A stretch of 64,000 nt of DNA, taken from positions 160,001 to 224,000 of the forward strand of contig CBDVDR010000001.1 of NCBI GenBank assembly GCA_965372795.1. The letters are read 5' to 3'. The stretch comes from an uncultured bacterium (GTDB lineage: Bacteria > Zixibacteria > MSB-5A5 > GN15 > FEB-12). A model generated the notes under the pieces. The model saw only the letters and a program-made list of their open reading frames with translations. It did not search any database and had not been told where the DNA came from. Below are positions 8,710 through 18,839 of the stretch, in pieces. Both the position numbers and the translations under genes were made by a program. Within the stretch, counting starts at the first letter, position 1. Every line of letters starts with the position of its first letter.

Positions 8710-11379
8710 TTAAAAGTTGAATTCAATCCCCGTACGAACCGTGCGAGGAGCTGAAAAGTTTTGTGGATTATGATCATATAAGTTATCGAAGAAATTAACT
8801 TCCTGTTGATTCAACGATAAACCGGCGCCTACGTCGATGCCATCATCATCTGGCTGACCGGTTCTTGAATAAACATTAAGAATGTTTCGTTTATCAAACA
8901 GATTGTCTACTTCCATGAAGAAGCTTAATGAACTTTTATTTTTATTTAAGTAAAATTCCTTATGAAAACGCATGTCAATGGTATAGTTAGTCGGCAGTCG
9001 ACTTTCGTTTCTATCACCAAAACGATTTCCGGAGGCATCGGTAGCTGTGTAAGGCAATCCCGAGCCATAACTTCCAACTACTGAAACTCCCCAGGCGCCA
9101 GGTACCTTCATCCCGAGCATACGTCCGGACCATTCTTGAGGAATCTCAAGGGTCAATAATCCTGTTAAAGTATGCCTTTGATCGAAATCAAGAGGGTACT
9201 TAGTCAATGGAGCCAGAGTATCTTCAAGTGAAGTTAAATAAGTATAATATGGTTCTAAGGCATCAGAACCATTACCCTGTGCCATCATATAACTATATGC
9301 AAACGAACCGCTCAAATAATTTCCATTCGGAAGTTTCTGAAGGGACACATCGAAACCTTTAACAGTTCCATAATCATCATTAGTATAATAAGTAACATTA
9401 TTACCAGCCACCTGATAAGATGACCGAGTTGTTACTAACTCTTTGATATCTTTATAATAAGCTGTTAAATCAACTCTAAGATTTTCACCTACGAGATGAT
9501 CGAGTCCAATTTCATAAGACACAGTTTGTTCCGGTTGTAGATCCGGATTGCCTAACAACGGATATCCAGTTGAGAGATCACCTTCTAAGTTAGTATAAAC
9601 ATAGGTATATCTCGGTTCCTGGAAATAGAGTCCGTAGTTGAAATGCATCATAGATTTTTCAGAGATAGGGAATGAAATTCCTAAGCGAGGTGAAAATCTT
9701 GTTTTTGAATCAGCTTTTTTATAAGAGATAACGGTATCTCGTGGAGTGGCATTATAAGAGATATCAGCATTATGATAATCAAAACGGATACCTACATTTA
9801 CTACAAAATAATCCTGTTCGATTTTATCCTGAATAAAACCAGAGACTAAAATCGGATTACTTTTATACTGCTCACCGTAAGGATTGGCATTATAGAATTG
9901 TTTATTATCCCATTCAATTGCATATTTACGATATTCAAAGCCAGTCTTCAGCTGATGGAATTTGTTTACCTGGTTAACCATAGTGGTTTTAAATGAGCTG
10001 TATTTAGATTCTCTCAATGAATATCTGGGAACAAAATCAGAACCGACTGTAAATCCTACTGTTTGCAACGGATCGGTAAAATCGATTGTACCCCGATAAT
10101 TATCTTCATGAATCGTTCCATTATAAAGCCCATCTTCGTTTTCAGAGTATCCTGGCCATGCACTCCAATGAGTGTTGATCAAATGCGCCGGGGCACTGAG
10201 GGTATTGGTATAGAACTGATTTATAACAGTTGACAGAATTATACGTTCATTGAAATGATAATTACCTGATAATCCTATAAGATAAGATTCTTTTTGAACC
10301 TTTGGTAATCCATCAAGATTAAAGTCATATGAGATACCATTTTGATCACGATGATTGTACATTCTTCCTTCCATCGTGTAATATGAGAGATTGGTTTTAA
10401 TCTTCATCTTAGGTATTGGGTGCAGTGACAGTTTTGCAACTCCGGTATATGATATATTCCAATTAGCAGGTAAATATGACGGATCTTTTAAATATTCTCC
10501 CGCAGAAAAGAAAGTATATTTATTTGAATTTAAGCCCGGAATAGGTCCTGACAGATTAAAAGTACCGGATTTATTACTGGTGAAGTTTAAATTATCCCAG
10601 GTACCCTTTGTAACATCATATTGATGAGTCATTCCTTGATAAGCTTTGAATCCGCCATGATAACTTGAGCCACCTTCACGCGTTACGGCATTTACAACGC
10701 CTGATAAAGCCTCACCATACTCAGCTGAATATCCGCCAGAAGTCAAAGAAAGTTCTTCTAAAGCAGAGGGCATAATTCTCATACCAACATTGGCAATGAA
10801 AGGATCTTGAACAGAAAATCCATCAAAGTAATATAAGACCTGACCTGCTCGTCCACCACGGACATGAAGCGCATTATTGGCATCAACAACGACACCGGGA
10901 TAATTGGTTAAAATGGATTGTATAGTTACTATATTGGGCAATGCTTTTAGATGATCCGATGTAAAAATAATCTTAGAAGAAGTCAAATCTTTTTGAATAA
11001 TCGGATTAACAGCACTCACAATAATTTCTTTTGATAATACAATTTCTGTACTATTAACATTAAAATCTAAGGGAGTTGTCAAATCACCAAGGATACGAAC
11101 TTCTTGTTGCAATATTGTTTCATATCCAACATAACTTACTATCACATCATATTTCCCGATAGGAACATCAATGATAAAGTATTCTCCATCCATATCAGTC
11201 ATTGTAGAAAGACTTGTGCCAGCGACTTGAATTGATGCTCCTTCAACAGGCAATTCAGTACTGGAATCTATTACAACACCTGAAATTTTACCGCTCACTC
11301 CAGCAAATATATGTGAGTTCATTATAAGCAAGAGTATAACGGGAGGTAGAGCCAATCGATTTAATATCTTTCGAAACAA
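8710..11379 (-). CDS. TonB-dependent receptor with carboxypeptidase-regulatory-like N-domain
   Basis: GKISGVVID..TDMDGEYFI, plug LHVRGGR..GGYSAEYGEALSGVVN, SPRLGISFPIS, NPDLQPE, terminal PRTVRTGIEFNF. Confidence 0.9.
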   Translation of the reverse strand: MFRKILNRLALPPVILLLIMNSHIFAGVSGKISGVVIDSSTELPVEGASIQVAGTSLSTMTDMDGEYFIIDVPIGKYDVIVSYVGYETILQQEVRILGDLTTPLDFNVNSTEIVLSKEIIVSAVNPIIQKDLTSSKIIFTSDHLKALPNIVTIQSILTNYPGVVVDANNALHVRGGRAGQVLYYFDGFSVQDPFIANVGMRIMPSALEELSLTSGGYSAEYGEALSGVVNAVTREGGSSYHGGFKAYQGMTHQYDVTKGTWDNLNFTSNKSGTFNLSGPIPGLNSNKYTFFSAGEYLKDPSYLPANWNISYTGVAKLSLHPIPKMKIKTNLSYYTMEGRMYNHRDQNGISYDFNLDGLPKVQKESYLIGLSGNYHFNERIILSTVINQFYTNTLSAPAHLINTHWSAWPGYSENEDGLYNGTIHEDNYRGTIDFTDPLQTVGFTVGSDFVPRYSLRESKYSSFKTTMVNQVNKFHQLKTGFEYRKYAIEWDNKQFYNANPYGEQYKSNPILVSGFIQDKIEQDYFVVNVGIRFDYHNADISYNATPRDTVISYKKADSKTRFSPRLGISFPISEKSMMHFNYGLYFQEPRYTYVYTNLEGDLSTGYPLLGNPDLQPEQTVSYEIGLDHLVGENLRVDLTAYYKDIKELVTTRSSYQVAGNNVTYYTNDDYGTVKGFDVSLQKLPNGNYLSGSFAYSYMMAQGNGSDALEPYYTYLTSLEDTLAPLTKYPLDFDQRHTLTGLLTLEIPQEWSGRMLGMKVPGAWGVSVVGSYGSGLPYTATDASGNRFGDRNESRLPTNYTIDMRFHKEFYLNKNKSSLSFFMEVDNLFDKRNILNVYSRTGQPDDDGIDVGAGLSLNQQEVNFFDNLYDHNPQNFSAPRTVRTGIEFNF

Positions 11380-11461
11380 GGCGAATCCTCCTAAATTTTT
11401 TATAAATATCTGATAAACTATTTTGAATCAAATATTGTCCCGAGACAACACTTGTCATTAG

Positions 11462-11488
11462 TAATCGGCTACAAGAAAAAAAGCTTAA
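11462..11488 (-). promoter_or_regulatory. sigma28 (FliA/WhiG)-like promoter for the TonB operon
   Basis: Minus strand TTAA-N15-GCCGATTA, about 80 nt upstream of the receptor start. Confidence 0.55.
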
Positions 11489-11580
11489 TAGAAATTTATC
11501 CATTTTTTAAATTATTTTTATAGTTAATAAATCTGGATTGATGCCTTCATTATAAGCTTAGTTAAAAACCAAAGAGAGTG

Positions 11581-11607
11581 TCAAGTTCAGACCATTTTAT
11601 CCGATAC
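11581..11607 (+). promoter_or_regulatory. sigma28-like promoter for the sensor operon
   Basis: TCAA-N15-TCCGATAC (TCAAGT at -35). Confidence 0.5.
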
Positions 11608-11708
11608 AAATAATATTGTTTTTCGATTATTGTATTTACTGTTTTAAAAATTGAACTAGTAATTAACGGCAGATATAATGCCATTAAATAACAATTAAGG
11701 ATAATACA

Positions 11709-12665
11709 TTGATGCGACTTCGGTTTAAAGCTATCCTATTGTTGTCTTCAATCGTCTTCATTTTGTTGAATTCGGTCGTGGCACAGGATAAGTTACATAT
11801 TGCTATTCTGAAGTCGGATGATTTTATCTCCACCAAACGTTCAATTTCTGGTGCAAAAAGTGTAATCAAGCAACAGCACCCGGATATTATTTTCCATGAA
11901 TTCTTAATTGATCAGAAAAAACAAACTCATCAATCTATTATAGATTCTTTAAAAAATCATAATCCAACTCTTATTTTCACAATCGGGACAAGTGCCACGA
12001 TACTTGCAAAGGAAAATTTCAAAAAGACGCCGATAGTATTTTCTTCGGTAAAATATCCTACCTTGTCAAAAATAGTAAAGTCGTTAATTAATCCCGGTGA
12101 GAATATAACCGGGGCTTCTCTTAATATTCCTGTTGATGTCGAACTTAGAACCTTTATAGATATAGTTCCAAACCTTAAAAAAGTTGGAGTCCTTTATACG
12201 AATTACACGGCTCCATTAATAAAGCCGGCAAAAAGGGTTGCAAAAACTTTAGGCATTGAACTGGTAGAGATTCAAATTAAGACATCCAAAGATATTCCAA
12301 ATGCGCTTGATTCTTTGGCAAAAGTAGTCGATGGAATTTGGTCGGTTGCTGATCCGATCTTATTTAATCCGCAATCAACCAGGTATATTTTATTAAATAC
12401 TCTCAGAAAAAATATACCGTTTATGGGTTTTTCAAGGCACGTTGTAGAATCAGGTGCCCTTTTTGCACTTGATTTAGACCATAAGGCAGTTGGTCGCCAG
12501 GCTGGTGCAATAGTGAATAGAATTGTAGATGGTGTCTCACCTAAAAATATTGATGTATCTGTTGTTGATCTGATTTGGTTCCATTATAATGAAAAAACAG
12601 CCAATCATATTGAAGTAACAATTCCAGAAGAACATATTGCAGTTGCCAAGGAGGTCTACCGATGA
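11709..12665 (+). CDS. Periplasmic ABC_sub_bind/YfiR-like ligand-binding protein with no transporter partner
   Basis: Signal peptide, IFTIGTSA..PIVFSSV..NITGASL..KKVGVLY..VESGALFA. Overlaps the kinase start. Confidence 0.75.
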   Translation: MMRLRFKAILLLSSIVFILLNSVVAQDKLHIAILKSDDFISTKRSISGAKSVIKQQHPDIIFHEFLIDQKKQTHQSIIDSLKNHNPTLIFTIGTSATILAKENFKKTPIVFSSVKYPTLSKIVKSLINPGENITGASLNIPVDVELRTFIDIVPNLKKVGVLYTNYTAPLIKPAKRVAKTLGIELVEIQIKTSKDIPNALDSLAKVVDGIWSVADPILFNPQSTRYILLNTLRKNIPFMGFSRHVVESGALFALDLDHKAVGRQAGAIVNRIVDGVSPKNIDVSVVDLIWFHYNEKTANHIEVTIPEEHIAVAKEVYR

Positions 12666-14320
12666 ACCTCCTTAAAATTATTAACAGCATGAGTTTAAGA
12701 AATAAATTCGTTATCCCTACTTCCATCCTCATGATAACCAGCATTATCTTTATTAGTACCTTTTTAATTAAGCAGCAGGTTGAAAGCTATCGAAGAGAGC
12801 TGGAAACCAGCGGTGAAACAATGATTCGAATTTTAGCAATAAATGCTGAAAGTGGTGTTCTTTTTGAATCACAATATGAGCTGGATGAGTTATTAGGCTT
12901 GTTGAATCAATTTAACTCGGTAAAATATGCCTTTATTGTAAACAATGAATCCAAAATATTATCACAGATCGGAACCCCGATAACTGAATATGAAATTATT
13001 GGTGAAATTGAGGAAGAACTTCTTAATGAAGGAGTCTGCGAAGATTACTATATCAGAGACAAATTGAATAATGAATATATTTTACTAAATGTCCCAATTG
13101 TTACCCTTGATCAACAGCTTGAGATTGAAAACCTTGGGATTACCAATAGTATTAGTGACAATGTCGGAGCTTCATCGGTTACTGAAGAAATCGGACAAAT
13201 AACTCTAATCCTCAGTTTAGACAAAGTTAACCAAGCTATAAAAGATGCCCGAGATACAGCGATTTTAGTGACAACCATCGTGTTAATATTGACAATTATA
13301 ATGTTAACTTTCTTTATCAAGTTTATAACAAGACCGGTTAATATGCTTGTTGAAGTAACTGATAAAGTTAGTCATGGCGATTATGATCAACGGGTCGAAC
13401 TTGATCAAACTGATGAAATCGGCCATCTGGCAACAACTTTCAACAAGATGATTGATTCCCTTAAACAGTCACGAGATGAAATTGAAGAGTATAATAGAAA
13501 TCTGGAACAAAAAATTGTAGAGAGAACTCTTGAACTTGAAGAGATTCAACAGCAATTGGTCCAATCCGAGAAACTAAGTGCCATCGGTCAACTTGCAGCC
13601 GGCGTTGCCCACGAACTTAACAACCCATTAGGCGGAATTTTGGGTTATGCCCAGTTTACACTTGAAAAACTCCAAAAAAGTAAGAACACCGGTGTTAGCT
13701 CTCAAAATGTAGAGAAGTATATTAAGTACTTAATCGATATTGAAACTCAGGCTAAACGCTGTAAGACCATTGTTCAAAACCTCCTTCGTTTCTCAAGAAC
13801 ATCTCGTACAAGCGAATTCTCGGATGTCAATGTTAATCAAGTCATCGAAGATACGCTGACGTTCATGGAACATCAATTGCACATGAATCAAATTGAACTG
13901 GAAATCGAACTTGACGAAGCTCTCCCCTTAATTCAAGGAAATACCGGGCAATTACAACAGGTCTTGACTAATCTTGTCATAAATGCAATGCACGCCTCCC
14001 CCCCTGAATCTCTGATCAAAATTATATCGAGATATAGCCCGCCTTTAGGTGAATTTGACGGTACCGTTGAAATGCTAATTCAAGATACCGGATCCGGGAT
14101 AAGAGAAGAAGATTTGAAAAAGATATTTGAACCGTTCTTTACGACAAAACAGGTCGGTAAAGGTACTGGATTAGGTCTTTCAGTAAGTTATGGAATAGTA
14201 AAAGATCATGGTGGAGAAATAAAAGTGAAGTCCGAAATGGGTGAAGGCTCAACCTTTATTATTACTCTGCCTATTCAGGTAATTAAACAGTCATCCGATA
14301 ATTTTAGTAGTAAAGTGTAA
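12662..14320 (+). CDS. Membrane sensor histidine kinase (2 TM, HAMP, HisKA, HATPase_c; NtrB-like)
   Basis: [70 protein letters not shown]. Confidence 0.92.
   Translation: MNLLKIINSMSLRNKFVIPTSILMITSIIFISTFLIKQQVESYRRELETSGETMIRILAINAESGVLFESQYELDELLGLLNQFNSVKYAFIVNNESKILSQIGTPITEYEIIGEIEEELLNEGVCEDYYIRDKLNNEYILLNVPIVTLDQQLEIENLGITNSISDNVGASSVTEEIGQITLILSLDKVNQAIKDARDTAILVTTIVLILTIIMLTFFIKFITRPVNMLVEVTDKVSHGDYDQRVELDQTDEIGHLATTFNKMIDSLKQSRDEIEEYNRNLEQKIVERTLELEEIQQQLVQSEKLSAIGQLAAGVAHELNNPLGGILGYAQFTLEKLQKSKNTGVSSQNVEKYIKYLIDIETQAKRCKTIVQNLLRFSRTSRTSEFSDVNVNQVIEDTLTFMEHQLHMNQIELEIELDEALPLIQGNTGQLQQVLTNLVINAMHASPPESLIKIISRYSPPLGEFDGTVEMLIQDTGSGIREEDLKKIFEPFFTTKQVGKGTGLGLSVSYGIVKDHGGEIKVKSEMGEGSTFIITLPIQVIKQSSDNFSSKV
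14275..14301 (+). promoter_or_regulatory. sigma28-like internal promoter upstream of the receiver genes
   Basis: TCAG-N15-TCCGATAA, ending 43 nt before ATG 14345. Confidence 0.45.
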
Positions 14321-14344
14321 TTTAATAATTAAATAAAAATTGAT

Positions 14345-14704
14345 ATGGATAAAAAGTCAATCCTGATAGTAGACGATGAAGAAGTAATCCGAGATTTTCT
14401 ATACGAAGTCTTATGTGACGATTACTCAATCTCCATGGCAGCTGATGGAGATGAAGCAATTGATAAGATGGGTGATGGAAAATATGATTTAATCATCACT
14501 GACATGAAAATGCCCAGAGTTTCAGGTGAAGAGGTAGCAAAATTTGCTCAAGAAAATTCACCGGATACCCGTGTCATAATTATATCAGGATATGCTTCAC
14601 TCTATTCCGTCAGCCAATCTGTAAACAGCGGTGCAACAGCGTTTCTATCTAAACCGTTTAGTATTCAGGAACTAATGCAAGCCATTGAATCGGCAGGAAT
14701 CTAG
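14345..14704 (+). CDS. Single-domain response regulator (receiver)
   Basis: ILIVDDE, LIITDMKMP, IISG, SKPF. Confidence 0.9.
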   Translation: MDKKSILIVDDEEVIRDFLYEVLCDDYSISMAADGDEAIDKMGDGKYDLIITDMKMPRVSGEEVAKFAQENSPDTRVIIISGYASLYSVSQSVNSGATAFLSKPFSIQELMQAIESAGI

Positions 14705-14714
14705 GGAAAATAAA

Positions 14715-15080
14715 ATGAAAATATTAGTTATTGACAACTCAGAAATTATTCGGAATTTATTAAACGAGTATTTAACAGATCTTGGATATTTAGTTGAGCT
14801 TGCTGAAAATGGACTGGTTGGTATTGAAATGGCATTAACCAATCAATATGATATAGTTTTATGTGATATTCATATGCCGAAAAGAAATGGATTTCAAGTA
14901 TTTAAAGAAGTTTCAAAACAGAAACCAAACTTGCCTTTTATCATGACTGACTCCTTGCCCGATTCGATTGCCGAACAAGCACTCAACAAAGGGGCTTATG
15001 CATGTTTAACAAAACCATTTAATTTGGACCAAGTAAAAAGCACAATAGATTCGCTACTTGAAAAAATTGCTTCGAAATGA
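14715..15080 (+). CDS. Single-domain response regulator (receiver)
   Basis: MKILVIDNS, VLCDIHMP, TKPF. Start more likely at ATG 14715 than 14685. Confidence 0.85.
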   Translation: MKILVIDNSEIIRNLLNEYLTDLGYLVELAENGLVGIEMALTNQYDIVLCDIHMPKRNGFQVFKEVSKQKPNLPFIMTDSLPDSIAEQALNKGAYACLTKPFNLDQVKSTIDSLLEKIASK

Positions 15081-16759
15081 AAATAAACAATCAAAATATC
15101 GGCATTCTTGTTGTCGATGACGAGGAAATTGTTGTTTCTCTTGTCAAGGATGCCTTAGAAGATGAAGGTTATAATATTATAACCGCGTTAGATGGTATAA
15201 CAGCTCTACGACTCCTTGAAGATTTCAATTTAAATCTGCTTATTACCGATATTCGCATGTCACCAATGAACGGCATTGAGCTGGCTCAAAAAGTTCATCA
15301 AAAATTCAACGACGCCTCAATTATTTTTATGACTGGCTATGCAAATTTAAACTCTGCCAAAGATGCTATTAAACATGGTGCCGTTGATTATATTTTAAAG
15401 CCCTTTGAACTTTCAGAAATCAGACAATCGGTCTCAAAGGCTGTTGAAAAGATTAAAAAGGATGTCCAGCAAAAAAGTTCTGCAGGTCAAATAGAGAGTC
15501 TATCCGATCTTAACCAATTACTTTATGAAGTTGGTGATCGAAAGGCGCTATTAAATATTTCTTTAAAATACGCATTAATGCAACTGGATGCTCATTGTGG
15601 TTCTGTTTTATTTTGGGATCCAGACAAAACCAACTTTGAACTGTTTACAATTGAAAATAATAGTAATTTTGAGTATGAATTAACAGATCCAATAATACTT
15701 GAAGCTTTAAAAGACTTTGATTTTAAAGCGGTTAAAAGTCCATATATTATTGATCATTCATCCAGCCATTCGTTAGAAGATTTTTTTGATAGCCAAAAAG
15801 TTCTCAGCGAGGTATATCCTGATAAAGTTACTAATTGTTCAGCAAAGGTTAGAAATGTTGTTCTACCAATAAGACGACCTGATAATGTTTATGGAATTGT
15901 TATAATAGCCGTTGAATCATCCGGAATAATTTCAGATTCAGACTTAAAATTGCTATCAATAACTTCAAGCCAGCTTGTTCTATCGCTTGAGAACTTAGCT
16001 CTTCTTGAAGAAACTCAGGTTGCCTATGCTCAATTGCAAAAACTTCATAATAACACAATTCAATTAGAGAAACTGGCAACTCGCGGAGAGATATCAGCAG
16101 AAATTGGCCATGAATTAAATAATTTCCTTGGTGTTGTCGCCGGTAATTTATCTTTACTGGATTTCCAGATTCAAAAAAAGAATTTGGATCAAGTGGATAA
16201 ATATTTAACCGCAATGAAAGACAACATTGAAAAAATAAAGAAATTTACAAGTAACCTGATGGATCTGAAACCGATCGCCTCTGAAAAGGAAATCTTTTAT
16301 ATTGATCAGCTAATTAAAGAAGTAATAGATCACCTGATACCGCAAAAAAGGTTTGATGGGGTTAATGTTCAGATTAAATCTATTTCAGATAATATTCCAT
16401 TTGAGGCTGACAGTACCCACATCCAGCAACTGCTTTATAACTTACTCAATAATGCTGCTGATGCTACTCATGAGAGCCCTGACCGGAAGATTGTTGTTTC
16501 GGTGGACCTGAATAATTCAAAAAATAGTTTTTCGATAAGAATCGAAGATACTGGTGTTGGAATTGAACCGGAATTACTTGAAAAAGCATTCAAAACAAAG
16601 TTTACGACCAAACCAACCGGACACGGTTTTGGATTGTTAGTTTGCAAAAGAATTATCGCCAACCATCATGGCGAACTGACAATAACTTCAACCCCCGGAC
16701 AAGGCACAAATATTATTATCGAATTTCCGGTTGCAAACAGACAGACCGTGCCGGTCTAA
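15077..16759 (+). CDS. Cytoplasmic hybrid kinase (REC, GAF-like, HisKA, HATPase_c)
   Basis: ILVVDDE..LITDIRM..KPF; GAF-like middle; EIGHELNN, NLLNNAADA, DTGVGI, GHGFGL. Confidence 0.88.
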   Translation: MKINNQNIGILVVDDEEIVVSLVKDALEDEGYNIITALDGITALRLLEDFNLNLLITDIRMSPMNGIELAQKVHQKFNDASIIFMTGYANLNSAKDAIKHGAVDYILKPFELSEIRQSVSKAVEKIKKDVQQKSSAGQIESLSDLNQLLYEVGDRKALLNISLKYALMQLDAHCGSVLFWDPDKTNFELFTIENNSNFEYELTDPIILEALKDFDFKAVKSPYIIDHSSSHSLEDFFDSQKVLSEVYPDKVTNCSAKVRNVVLPIRRPDNVYGIVIIAVESSGIISDSDLKLLSITSSQLVLSLENLALLEETQVAYAQLQKLHNNTIQLEKLATRGEISAEIGHELNNFLGVVAGNLSLLDFQIQKKNLDQVDKYLTAMKDNIEKIKKFTSNLMDLKPIASEKEIFYIDQLIKEVIDHLIPQKRFDGVNVQIKSISDNIPFEADSTHIQQLLYNLLNNAADATHESPDRKIVVSVDLNNSKNSFSIRIEDTGVGIEPELLEKAFKTKFTTKPTGHGFGLLVCKRIIANHHGELTITSTPGQGTNIIIEFPVANRQTVPV

Positions 16760-16773
16760 TCTTATTTAACAAT

Positions 16774-17346
16774 TTAAAATTTACGACTTCCCCGTTGAGT
16801 AATTTCCATTCCCTTGGCACATAATGGACATTCATCAACTTCCCAGGTATCTGCCGATACCGTGCAAAGAGCTTTGTATGGGTAATCAAACTTTACTGAA
16901 CCGTTAGATCGATCAAGCATCAAACAAATACCAACGATGTCGGCTTCATAACTTTTGACAAGGTCGATCACTTCAAAAATAGATCTACCGGTAGTCAGGA
17001 CATCATCAACGATGATTACTTTTTGACCTTTTTCCAATGAGAAGCCTCTTTTAAAAACTCTGCCGCTCTCCCCCGGCTCGGCATATATTGATTCGATCCC
17101 CATATACCGGGCAACATCATAGGCAATAATAATTCCCCCGGTGGTTGGTCCAACGACCGTCACCGCACCGCTGTCTTTATAATCATCAGCCATCTGTTTA
17201 CAAATTTTAGTGCAGATTGAGGGCTGTTTTAAAAGTGTAAATTTTTCATAATAGACATCACTATGCCTGCCTGAGGTTAGTTTAAAATGTCCATTTAATA
17301 GAGCTTGGGACTCGACGAATAATTTCAGAAGTTCATCCTGATTCAT
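16774..17346 (-). CDS. pyrE: Orotate phosphoribosyltransferase
   Basis: GHFKLTSGRHS, PRPP motif VIIVDDVLTTGRS. Confidence 0.93.
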   Translation of the reverse strand: MNQDELLKLFVESQALLNGHFKLTSGRHSDVYYEKFTLLKQPSICTKICKQMADDYKDSGAVTVVGPTTGGIIIAYDVARYMGIESIYAEPGESGRVFKRGFSLEKGQKVIIVDDVLTTGRSIFEVIDLVKSYEADIVGICLMLDRSNGSVKFDYPYKALCTVSADTWEVDECPLCAKGMEITQRGSRKF

Positions 17347-17717
17347 TTTTCCTCCGTAAACACAGCAACCGCTGCAGCATATTTTTTTTCATGGGTGATA
17401 GATATAAGACATTTGGCACTGCCTATATTTTTTTTAATATCATCCGGCAGTAATAATTCCGGCTGTCCGGACTGATTATTTACAATTTGAATTTGATTAA
17501 AAGGCGGTTTGACAGTCAAGTACTGACCGAGACCTTTAATGACAGCCTCTTTGGCAGCAAACCGACCGGCAAGATAATGCTCTTTATCATGCCTTTGATA
17601 GTATTGTTCAATTTCAATAGCACCGAGAATCCGATTCAAAAACCGTTCTCCAAAGCGTTCTACATCGTTTTTCATTCGTTGAATTTCAACCAAGTCAATA
17701 CCGATAGATTTTATCAT
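17343..17717 (-). CDS. acpS: Holo-ACP synthase
   Basis: MIKSIGIDLVEI, AGRFAAKEA, ISITHE. Start at ATG 17717 after AGGAG. Confidence 0.92.
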   Translation of the reverse strand: MIKSIGIDLVEIQRMKNDVERFGERFLNRILGAIEIEQYYQRHDKEHYLAGRFAAKEAVIKGLGQYLTVKPPFNQIQIVNNQSGQPELLLPDDIKKNIGSAKCLISITHEKKYAAAVAVFTEEK

Positions 17718-17838
17718 ATCTCTCCTTAAAATCTTGTTTAATAATATTACAATTTTATTGTACAGGCAATAAATTGTAAAAAATAGTTGCAAAATCTTTT
17801 GGAAAAAACGATATTAAATTCGTAACAATTAAAAGTAA

Positions 17839-18019
17839 AGGAGAGAGGGTAGGCATTTGTAAAATTCTAACACCTCACTAATGAAGGTTGCCTCTAAGTT
17901 GTTGCGTAAACGCCGTGACCCGATTTTTCGGCAGCGGATACTAAATACAACAAGCGACTGTAAAAACCCTTTAAAATGATTATTGAGGAGTTTTATCAAA
18001 TTCCAATGTTCTTTCTCCT
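17839..18019 (+). ncRNA. ssrS: Probable 6S RNA (long rod-like ncRNA)
   Basis: 181 nt. Ends pair (AGGAGAGAG/CTTTCTCCT); nested pairings aaaattc/gagtttt, cctca/tgagg, ttgttg/caacaa, ccga/tcgg. G-U pairs favour the + strand. Upstream TTGCAA-N17-GATATT, downstream terminator. Confidence 0.55.
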
Positions 18020-18024
18020 GTAAA

Positions 18025-18060
18025 TATAAAAAAAACCGTCAACTGACGGTTTTTTTATAT
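18025..18060. terminator. Bidirectional intrinsic terminator
   Basis: aaaaaaaaccgtca-ac-tgacggttttttt. Confidence 0.85.
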
Positions 18061-18078
18061 CTGGCAAGAAAATATCAA

Positions 18079-18768
18079 TCATAATGAAAAATCACCGGGT
18101 TCGGTAAGAATCTCCTGAAATGCCTTTTCAAATACAGTGGTACCATCTACACGACGTACAGATATAAACAAACATTCTTCACTTAAAGAGATAAAATATA
18201 ATCTATCCCTGATAACTTCAAAGACACCCTTTTCCCTATGATTAGAATTCGGGAGCAAGGTAAATACATCCATGACATCTTTGAGACTTTTAAAAACTTT
18301 GGCAAAATCGCCCCGAAAATCATTTGAGTCATTGAAGCCTATAAAATTACCCTGATGGTCCAAATTATAAATTTTCTGAACTCCGTTAATTTTTTCTATT
18401 CGTTCTAAGATTGATAATTTAGGATTGTCAGATGTCTCAATTTTGGATGGTTGTTCAATTTGAGGTGTTTCAACCTGTGAGGGTTGAGGTGGCTGAATAT
18501 TACCTGAGAAATTTTCGGTACTATTTTGGATAGTAGAAACGATCTCAGCGTGTTGTCTATTGATAATATTTTCAATCCTGTTTTGTTCTTCAACTGAACG
18601 GATTGGTTCATTCAGTTTTTTTTCAATTTTATGAAGAACCTGCCCATTATTCAAAATCGTGGTGGATATCCTTGGGGCTGGACGAACGGCATATTCCGTT
18701 TGGATTTGAATCGGAACATCGTTCTTTTTGACCATGGAGGTCCTCCCTGCCGGGATAAAATCTGTCAT
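18079..18768 (-). CDS. Hypothetical two-domain cytoplasmic protein; C-domain possibly Roadblock/LC7-like
   Basis: 229-aa ORF with a P/Q-rich linker. The C-part begins LERIEKINGVQKIYNLDHQG. Confidence 0.6.
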   Translation of the reverse strand: MTDFIPAGRTSMVKKNDVPIQIQTEYAVRPAPRISTTILNNGQVLHKIEKKLNEPIRSVEEQNRIENIINRQHAEIVSTIQNSTENFSGNIQPPQPSQVETPQIEQPSKIETSDNPKLSILERIEKINGVQKIYNLDHQGNFIGFNDSNDFRGDFAKVFKSLKDVMDVFTLLPNSNHREKGVFEVIRDRLYFISLSEECLFISVRRVDGTTVFEKAFQEILTEPGDFSL

Positions 18769-18812
18769 AACTAAATAATCACCTTAAGTAAAGAAATTGA
18801 GCCTTCATTATT

Positions 18813-18839
18813 TTATCGGCATTTTAACAGTTGGAATAA
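18813..18839 (-). promoter_or_regulatory. sigma28-like promoter
   Basis: Minus strand TTAT-N15-GCCGATAA (consensus -10), 44 nt before ATG 18768. Confidence 0.5.
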
